Assembly (NCBI RefSeq): GCF_000284115.1
Contig: NC_017080.1
Coordinates: 3,210,001 to 3,242,000 of the forward strand
Source of the DNA: Phycisphaera mikurensis NBRC 102666
GTDB taxonomy: Bacteria; Planctomycetota; Phycisphaerae; Phycisphaerales; Phycisphaeraceae
Direction of reading: 5' to 3'
DNA: 32,000 nucleotides
Shown: positions 26,051-32,000 of the stretch, piece after piece
Position numbering within the stretch: position 1 is the stretch's first letter
Layout: every line of letters begins with the position of its first letter
Made by a program: the position numbers and the translations under genes
Notes under the pieces: generated by a model
Database searches by the model: none
The model's input: the letters and a program-made list of their open reading frames with translations, nothing else
What the model was told of the DNA's origin: nothing

Positions 26051-26878
26051 ATGGAACAACGACCGCACGAAGCGCCGCGCAGCGAGGTCATGGAGACCCT
26101 GGATGACTGGCGCAACGCCTGGGAGCGCTACGGGTCGGTGATCATGACCGTCGTGGCGGTCGTTCTGATCGTCTTCGCGGTCACCCGCTACCTCTCCACC
26201 AGCCGCTCGGCCGCGCACAACGAGGCGTGGTCGTCGCTGGCGGCCTCCACCGCCCCCGCCAGCTACGTGGCGGTCGCGGGGGAGACCGCCAACGGCGGCG
26301 TGCGGCAGAACGCCCGCCTCGCCGCCGCCGACCTGCTGCTCGACGAGGCGATCCGCGACCCCACCGCCGCCGGCGAGGCCGGCACCGCCCTGCTCGACCG
26401 CGCCGAGAAGCAGTACCAGGCCGTGCTCGACGAGGCCCGGGCCGCCCGCGCCGGTGCCGCCGGCCACCCGCTCTACGAACTCAACGCCCTGGAGGGGCTG
26501 GCCGTGGTCGCCGAAGCCCGGCGCGACGCCGAGCTCGCCCGCACGCGTTTCGAGGCGGTCATCGCGGCCGCCGAGGCGATGCCCGGCATGGGCCGCTGGT
26601 CGGCCCGGGCCCGCGGCCACATCGAGGCGCTCCCGCTGCTGAGCGAGGAGGTCGTCTTCGCGCCGGAGCCGGAGCCGGAGCCGACGCCCGAGGCGGAGCC
26701 GGGAGCGGGCGCCGACCCCGCCGCCGACCCCGCCGGATCGCCCACGCCCGACGCCTCGGCCACGCCCGGCGATGCGTCCACGCCCGGCGATGCGTCCACG
26801 CCCGGCGACGAGGCCGCCGGCGGATCCCTGATCGACGCCCCCGCCGACGCCGAGCCCGCTCCCGCGCCCGCCCCGTGA
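26051..26878 (+). CDS. Single-pass membrane protein with helical repeat (TPR/YfgM-like) region and acidic Pro-rich tail
   Basis: 275 aa from ATG 26051 (MEQRPHEAPRSEVMETLDDWRNAWERYGSVIMTVVAVVLIVFAVTRYL); the longer track ORF (25349 start) has an arginine-rich spurious N-terminal extension. Confidence 0.7.
   Translation: MEQRPHEAPRSEVMETLDDWRNAWERYGSVIMTVVAVVLIVFAVTRYLSTSRSAAHNEAWSSLAASTAPASYVAVAGETANGGVRQNARLAAADLLLDEAIRDPTAAGEAGTALLDRAEKQYQAVLDEARAARAGAAGHPLYELNALEGLAVVAEARRDAELARTRFEAVIAAAEAMPGMGRWSARARGHIEALPLLSEEVVFAPEPEPEPTPEAEPGAGADPAADPAGSPTPDASATPGDASTPGDASTPGDEAAGGSLIDAPADAEPAPAPAP
26761..26796 (+). repeat. 18-nt tandem repeat (2 full copies plus a partial)
   Basis: CACGCCCGGCGATGCGTC x2 followed by CACGCCCGGCGA; encodes TPGDAS repeats. 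Confidence 0.9.
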
Positions 26879-28122
26879 GCGAAGCCTCCACGCCAGCCGC
26901 CGGGGGCGAGGACCGCCTCCCCGCCGGCGGCCGCTACGAGGCCAGAAGCCTCGACGATCTCGACGCCGTCGGCGCCGAGACGAAGACCTGGACGCTCGGC
27001 CACGACACCGGCCTCCGCCTCGACAGACACCTGCAGAACCACGGCGGCGGCATGTCCCGCGCGCAGCTGCAGAAGCTCATCGCGATGGGCGCGGTCACCG
27101 TCAACGGCCAGCCCGGCAAGGCCTCTCAGAAGCTGCGAGCCGGCGACGCGATCGCGATGCGGGTGCCGCCCAAGCCCGGCAGCGACCTCTCGCCCCAGGA
27201 GATCCCGCTGTCGGTCCTCTACGAGGACGACCTGATGATCGTCGTCAACAAGGACGCCGGCATCATCGTCCACCCCGCCCGCAGCTACACCAGCGGGACG
27301 ATGCTCAACGCGCTCGCGCACCACTTCCGGCGCGACGCCGAGGGCGGAGGCGGGGAGGCCGACGCGCTCAGCGGCGTCGGCTCGGCGGAGGCCCGCCCCG
27401 GCGTGGTCCACCGGCTGGACATGAACACCACCGGCTGCATCGTCTTCGCCAAGGACGAGGCCTCGCACCACGCGATCGCGAAGCAGTTCGAGCACCGCAC
27501 GAACCTGAAGTGCTACCTCGCCCTGGTCCACGGCAACCCCGACCCGGCGTCCGGCGCGGTCGACGCCCCGATCGGCAAGCACCCCACGATCCGCGAGGCC
27601 ATGGCCGTGCGGCACGACGAGAAGGCCCGCAGCGCGCTCACGCTCTACCGCGTCCGCCGCTTCTACGACGGCTACGCCCTGGTCGAGTGCGAGCTGAAGA
27701 CAGGCCGCACGCACCAGATCCGCGTGCACATGCAGTACATTGGCCACCCGATCGTCGGCGACATCCCCTACGGCGGCCTTCCAACCGGCCTGCCCGAGCT
27801 GCAGAACCCCCCCGAGCACGTGCCCGGCGGCCGCCCCGGGCTCACCCACGCGACCACCAAGGCCGAGGGCCAGAAGATGGAAGCCGCCTTCCGCGAGCGG
27901 CTCGCCGCCGCCGAAACCGCCGGCGACGACAGCCCGCTGATCGGCACGCCCGCCCTGCACGCCGGCCTGCTCGAGATCGAGCACCCGCGCACGGGCGAGC
28001 GGATGCGCTTCACCGCCCCGCTGCACGACCGCATGGGCGCGGTGGTCGGCTGGCTCGAAGCCCACGCCCATCCCCGCCCCGGCGTCACCGACGGCACCCA
28101 CCTGCCCGTCCCGGGCAAGTGA
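26875..28122 (+). CDS. RluD/RluA-family pseudouridine synthase
   Basis: 415 aa from an inferred GTG at 26875 overlapping the previous stop (GTGA); S4-like N-term (RLDRHLQNHGGGMSRAQLQKLIAMGAVTVNG), GVVHRLDMNTTGCIVFAK catalytic motif, LKTGRTHQIRVHMQYIGHPIVGDIPYGG. Confidence 0.92.
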   Translation: MSEASTPAAGGEDRLPAGGRYEARSLDDLDAVGAETKTWTLGHDTGLRLDRHLQNHGGGMSRAQLQKLIAMGAVTVNGQPGKASQKLRAGDAIAMRVPPKPGSDLSPQEIPLSVLYEDDLMIVVNKDAGIIVHPARSYTSGTMLNALAHHFRRDAEGGGGEADALSGVGSAEARPGVVHRLDMNTTGCIVFAKDEASHHAIAKQFEHRTNLKCYLALVHGNPDPASGAVDAPIGKHPTIREAMAVRHDEKARSALTLYRVRRFYDGYALVECELKTGRTHQIRVHMQYIGHPIVGDIPYGGLPTGLPELQNPPEHVPGGRPGLTHATTKAEGQKMEAAFRERLAAAETAGDDSPLIGTPALHAGLLEIEHPRTGERMRFTAPLHDRMGAVVGWLEAHAHPRPGVTDGTHLPVPGK

Positions 28123-28204
28123 ATCCGCGGACCGCCGCGGCGTCCGAGGCTTTCCGCCCGCGGTCCGCGGGCTCCGGATCCGCGGGCTGCCGGCACGAGC
28201 GGGG

Positions 28205-28232
28205 TTGATTCTGAGATCGACATCGGTAAACT
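28205..28232 (+). promoter_or_regulatory. Possible promoter upstream of the LacI-family gene
   Basis: TTGATT (28205-28210), 16-nt spacer, TAAACT (28227-28232) in a locally AT-richer stretch; weak match to consensus. Confidence 0.3.
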
Positions 28233-28305
28233 TGTTCCCGCGGGTACCTTTCTTCTCCGACCCGCACCGTCCGAGGTCGCCCCTCGCCCCTTCTGGGACA
28301 CGTCC

Positions 28306-29361
28306 ATGGCCACCCCCACCCTCCAAGACATCGCCGACATCGTCGGCGTCTCGCGGGTCACGGTTTCCCGGGTCCTGCGCGGCAAGGTGAAGGGCTGCTG
28401 GCCCAAATCCGCCGCCCAGGCGCAGCGGATCCGCGACGTGGCGGAGGAGATCGGCTACCGGGTCGACTGGAAAGCCCGGACCCTCAAGACGGGCAAGACC
28501 TTCATGGTCGGCCTGCTGTCGACGGAGAAGAAGTCCACCCAGATCCACGACGCCAGCCTGCTCGGCGGCCTGGTGGAGGGCCTCGGCGACGCCGGCTACC
28601 ACCTGACCTTCGTCCGGGTGGCGGCGGGCGCCCGCGGCAGCGGCTTCGCCGATTCCCGCTTCGACGGTCTGCTCATAGATTATCACCTCGAGCCCGAGGA
28701 GATCGCCGTCATCCAGGAGGCGCAGCTCCCCGCGGTGATCATCAACGCCCCGGGGCTGCCCGGCGTCGACTCGGTGATGCCCGACCACCGTGCCGCCGGC
28801 CGCCTCGCGGCCGGCCACCTGCTCGGGCTGGGCCACCGGCGGATCGCGATGCTCCACGCGCCGACGTCGGAGCACAAGAACTGGCCGCGGCACATGTACG
28901 AGGGCTGGCGCAGCGGCTTGCTGGCCGCGATGCGGAGAGCCGGGTGCGGCGACGGCTTCCGCGACGTCATCCCCGAAGCGCTGACCCGCGAGGAACACGA
29001 CGCCGCCTACGCCTCCGCCCTCGACCAGGTCTTCGCCGAGGCCGAGCCGCCCACCGCCCTGGTCACGCTCAACAGCGAGCAGGCGATGAACGTCGGCCTG
29101 AGGAACCTCCGCCGCCTCGGCCTGGACTGCCCCCGCGACGTCAGCCTCCTGTGCATGCACGGCGTCGAGGCCCACGGCTGGACGTCGCCGGAGCTCACCG
29201 ACCTGGACTTCGACTTCGCGGAGATCGGCCGCCGCGCGGCCCGGCTCCTGCTGCATCAGATGGAGCCCGATCGCGAGCAAGCCAAAGCGAAGCTCTGCAC
29301 CGCCCCGAAGCCGCGGCTCATGATCCGGGGTTCCACGGCGCCGGCGCCGGCCGGCCGCTGA
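28306..29361 (+). CDS. LacI family transcriptional regulator
   Basis: 351 aa; TLQDIADIVGVSRVTVSRVLRG HTH followed by RIRDVAEEIGYRVDWKARTLKTGKTFMVGLLS; periplasmic-binding-like C-terminal domain. Confidence 0.93.
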   Translation: MATPTLQDIADIVGVSRVTVSRVLRGKVKGCWPKSAAQAQRIRDVAEEIGYRVDWKARTLKTGKTFMVGLLSTEKKSTQIHDASLLGGLVEGLGDAGYHLTFVRVAAGARGSGFADSRFDGLLIDYHLEPEEIAVIQEAQLPAVIINAPGLPGVDSVMPDHRAAGRLAAGHLLGLGHRRIAMLHAPTSEHKNWPRHMYEGWRSGLLAAMRRAGCGDGFRDVIPEALTREEHDAAYASALDQVFAEAEPPTALVTLNSEQAMNVGLRNLRRLGLDCPRDVSLLCMHGVEAHGWTSPELTDLDFDFAEIGRRAARLLLHQMEPDREQAKAKLCTAPKPRLMIRGSTAPAPAGR

Positions 29362-29463
29362 TCGACCGTTCCTGAAGGCCGGGCCGGACGGCGGCTCCTC
29401 GATCGCCCTTCTTCCGCCCGCCGCTCCCGCGGCGACCTCTCGTTTCCACCGTTCGAGTCATCG

Positions 29464-30432
29464 ATGAACATCTCCCCCCGCATGCCGCGTCGCTCCGCCT
29501 TCACGCTCATCGAGCTGCTGGTGGTCATCTCCATCATCGCCCTCCTGATCGGCATCCTGCTGCCGGCCCTGGGGGCGGCGCGAGCGATCGCGCGGCAGTC
29601 CGCCTGCCTCAGCAACATCCGCCAGGTCAACATCGCCGCGGTGACGTACGCGACCGACAGCAAGGATTACCTGCCGTACCAGGCCTGGATGAACGTCCCG
29701 GTGACCGCGGGGGGGACCAGCGGGCACAACGTGATGGCCTACGACGACCTGATCTCCGGCTATCTCGGGAACGAGCGGCCCACCGCCACGAAGTACTCGC
29801 CCAACCTCCTGGGCGGCAACAACCCCGCGTACGTGCTGAAGGTCCTGGTCTGCCCCTCCGACGACGTGCAGCGTGCTCTGTACGGCACGCCCAACGACGA
29901 CATCCACAAGCGGAGCTACTCCGCCGTTTCCGGCGCCCGGGTGGCCAACCCGGCCCGCCCATCGGGGACCACCGGCTTCCTGGGCACCGCGAACGCGCAG
30001 TTCGCGAGCGCGCCCGACCCGACGATCAAGCAGATCCAGATCGCCGACATCCTCGACGCGCCCGGAACGCTGACCTACGCCGAGCACCACATCCCCAAGA
30101 ACGTGCAGGGGGCATTCGACTTCCAGAGCGGCTGGCTCATCGAGCCCGGCGTCCAGTACATGACGGACCGCAACGCGACCGGAGCCGCGGACGCGCCGGT
30201 CCAGCACCTCCCGCACGGCTCCCGCACCGGCGCGGTGGGGGATCCGCTGGACACGGTCAACGGCCTCTTCAACTACGCCTTCGCCGACGGCCACGCCTCC
30301 ACCCTCGGCAGCCGAGAAACGTACCGCTACGACCGCGTCGGCACCGTCGCGAAGGAGCAGAACGTCGGGGGCGCCTGGACCCGCGCCTCCGGCGACGTCG
30401 ACCCCTCCACCTTCAACTACGGCCGCTACTGA
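29464..30432 (+). CDS. Prepilin-type N-terminal cleavage/methylation protein (type II pseudopilin-like)
   Basis: 322 aa; RRSAFTLIELLVVISIIALLIGILLPALGAAR (prepilin peptidase site) and C-terminal VNGLFNYAFADGHASTL. Confidence 0.92.
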   Translation: MNISPRMPRRSAFTLIELLVVISIIALLIGILLPALGAARAIARQSACLSNIRQVNIAAVTYATDSKDYLPYQAWMNVPVTAGGTSGHNVMAYDDLISGYLGNERPTATKYSPNLLGGNNPAYVLKVLVCPSDDVQRALYGTPNDDIHKRSYSAVSGARVANPARPSGTTGFLGTANAQFASAPDPTIKQIQIADILDAPGTLTYAEHHIPKNVQGAFDFQSGWLIEPGVQYMTDRNATGAADAPVQHLPHGSRTGAVGDPLDTVNGLFNYAFADGHASTLGSRETYRYDRVGTVAKEQNVGGAWTRASGDVDPSTFNYGRY

Positions 30433-30647
30433 GCCACCTCGGCCTCCTCGGCCCGCCGCCGGGGGCACCGCCACGCCACGCCGCGCCGCGGGCCGCGCGC
30501 GGGACTTTGCCGCGTGGCCGCAAGGCCCGCCCGCCTCCCCGGCGGAGGCCGCCCGAGGCCGAACCGTAACGCCCGCACGCCCCCCCGCGGCCGCGCGGGT
30601 TCGGATCCGCCGCCACGGGGGCGAGCGTTTGTCTCCCGGACCTCTCC

Positions 30648-32000
30648 ATGAAGAATCTCCTCCTCGCGAGCCTCACCCCGCTGCTCCTCGCCGCGGCCAC
30701 CGCCGCGGCCTCCCGCACGACCGCCTCCGCCGCTTGGCTTGCCGCCGCTGGAGGCGCGCAGATCGCCGGCTCGCCCGTGGAGGCGGAGAAGGCGACGCGC
30801 GGCACGACGGAGGTGGAACCGCGGACCAACCCGATCGACCGCGACCTGGTGGAGCGGCTCGGGCCGGACGCCGAGCTCGTCATCGCCGGGAACCGGCCCG
30901 CCGACTTCCGCGGCCCCGGGCCGGACCCGACCTCGCGGCTGACGCTCGTGCCCGTGGCGGGCGAGGATTTCGTGCAGGCCGCCCGAGTGAGCGTCGGCGA
31001 GGCGACCGACCCCATCTGGGACGCGCAGCTGACCTCGCCGCCGTCCACCGCCGCCGTGAAGAAGGGCGACGTGCTCTTCGGCTCGCTGGACCTGCGGGCC
31101 GTGAGCGAGAAGGAGTCCGGCGGCGGCCAGTTCGTCGGCTGGCTCCAGAACGGCGGCAGCGACTGGCACGGCTTCCGCAAGCTCGAGGGCGCCCCGGGCG
31201 CCGCCTGGCAGCGCCGCCACTTCGCGCTGAAGGCGGACGCGGACGCCGCGGCGGGCGAGATGGATTTCGTCTTCCAGCTGGGCATGATCCCGCAGGCGTT
31301 CGAGGTCGCCAACGTGCTGCTGTGGAACCTCGGCCCCGACGCCGAGCTCGACCGCCTGCCCAAAACCCGCCTGACCTACGAGGGCCAGGCCCCCGACGCG
31401 CCCTGGCGGGCGGAGGCCCGGCGGCGGATCGACGCGCACCGCAAAGCGGACCTGCGGGTTGCCGTCGTCGACGCGGCGGGCGAGCCGGTCCGCGGGGCAC
31501 GCGTCCGCGTCGCGATGGACAGGCTCGGCTTCGGCATCGGCACCTTCCTTTCCGACAGGCACGTCGCCGCCGACGACGCGACCGCGCAGCGCTACAAGCG
31601 GACGGTGCTCGCGCACTTCAACCGGGTCACCGCGCCGAGCTACGGGGCCCAGGCCTGGGGCTGGCCCGATCCGGCGTCCCGCGAGCGGTACCTGGCCACC
31701 CTCGCTTGGGCGTCCGAGCAGGACCTGACCCTCAAGGCCCACCCGATCGTGTGGTCCCGCTTCGACTGGATGCCGCGGTCGTTCAGCGAGGCCAGAGACG
31801 ACCCCTCGGCGTTGCGGGCGGAGATCGAGCGCTACATCACCGAGGTCGCGACGATCCTCGCCGAACACCGGGTGGAGGAGGTCGACGCGCTCAACGAGCC
31901 GGTGCTCTTCCACGAGTTCGACGACGTCATCCGCGCGCCCGGCCTCCGCGCGGCGTGGTTCGAGGCCGCGCACGACGCGGCGCCGCGGATGCGGCTCTTG
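30648..32000 (+). CDS. Secreted endo-1,4-beta-xylanase-like (GH10) enzyme, truncated by window edge
   Basis: Open to the edge (451 codons) from ATG 30648; signal peptide MKNLLLASLTPLLLAAATAAAS; jelly-roll/CBM-like middle; FNRVTAPSYGAQAWGWPD, LKAHPIVWSRFDWMP, VEEVDALNEP (GH10 acid/base motif region). Confidence 0.75.
   Translation, partial: MKNLLLASLTPLLLAAATAAASRTTASAAWLAAAGGAQIAGSPVEAEKATRGTTEVEPRTNPIDRDLVERLGPDAELVIAGNRPADFRGPGPDPTSRLTLVPVAGEDFVQAARVSVGEATDPIWDAQLTSPPSTAAVKKGDVLFGSLDLRAVSEKESGGGQFVGWLQNGGSDWHGFRKLEGAPGAAWQRRHFALKADADAAAGEMDFVFQLGMIPQAFEVANVLLWNLGPDAELDRLPKTRLTYEGQAPDAPWRAEARRRIDAHRKADLRVAVVDAAGEPVRGARVRVAMDRLGFGIGTFLSDRHVAADDATAQRYKRTVLAHFNRVTAPSYGAQAWGWPDPASRERYLATLAWASEQDLTLKAHPIVWSRFDWMPRSFSEARDDPSALRAEIERYITEVATILAEHRVEEVDALNEPVLFHEFDDVIRAPGLRAAWFEAAHDAAPRMRLL

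Noticed and set aside
26761-26810. 18-nt direct repeats as binding sites
   Set aside because: Multiple of three, in frame and coding TPGDAS repeats in a low-complexity tail; slippage is the simplest explanation.
26473-29280. 935-aa minus ORF
   Set aside because: Antisense to the membrane protein, RluD-family and LacI genes, all of which have clear family motifs.

Overview
High-GC bacterial window. The gene content (LEPR-XLL-like N-terminus, a prepilin-like protein with an FADGH C-terminus, LacI regulator next to a secreted GH10-like enzyme) suggests Planctomycetota, possibly Phycisphaerae; this is inference. Left to right: (1) a PilM/PilN/PilO/PilP-like/GspE-PilB pilus or type II secretion assembly cluster (+); (2) a yeast-FCY1-like cytosine deaminase overlapping a C39-like peptidase gene (-); (3) alpha/beta hydrolase, deoC and an M50 site-2-type protease (+); (4) a ~340-nt intergenic region with an unusually long nested hairpin, two small hairpins and a U-tract terminator, which is the best non-coding candidate; (5) an M42/M20-like metallopeptidase (-) and a YihY/BrkB protein (+); (6) a five-gene minus-strand cluster (two large paralogous secreted beta-helix proteins, a CPBP/CAAX-type membrane protease, an NAD-dependent sugar epimerase and a glycosyltransferase) with a divergent second glycosyltransferase, the best candidate for a little-described surface polysaccharide system; (7) rnpA, a second YihY protein whose ORF runs antisense into a tRNA-His gene, a lipoprotein-like ORF, a membrane-anchored repeat protein and an RluD-family pseudouridine synthase; (8) a LacI regulator, a pseudopilin-like protein and a truncated GH10-like enzyme at the right edge. 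I saw no CRISPR array, rRNA or transposase gene. The high GC produces many long spurious ORFs in the supplied track, and one track entry (11981..13933) is labelled + although its translation comes from the minus strand.
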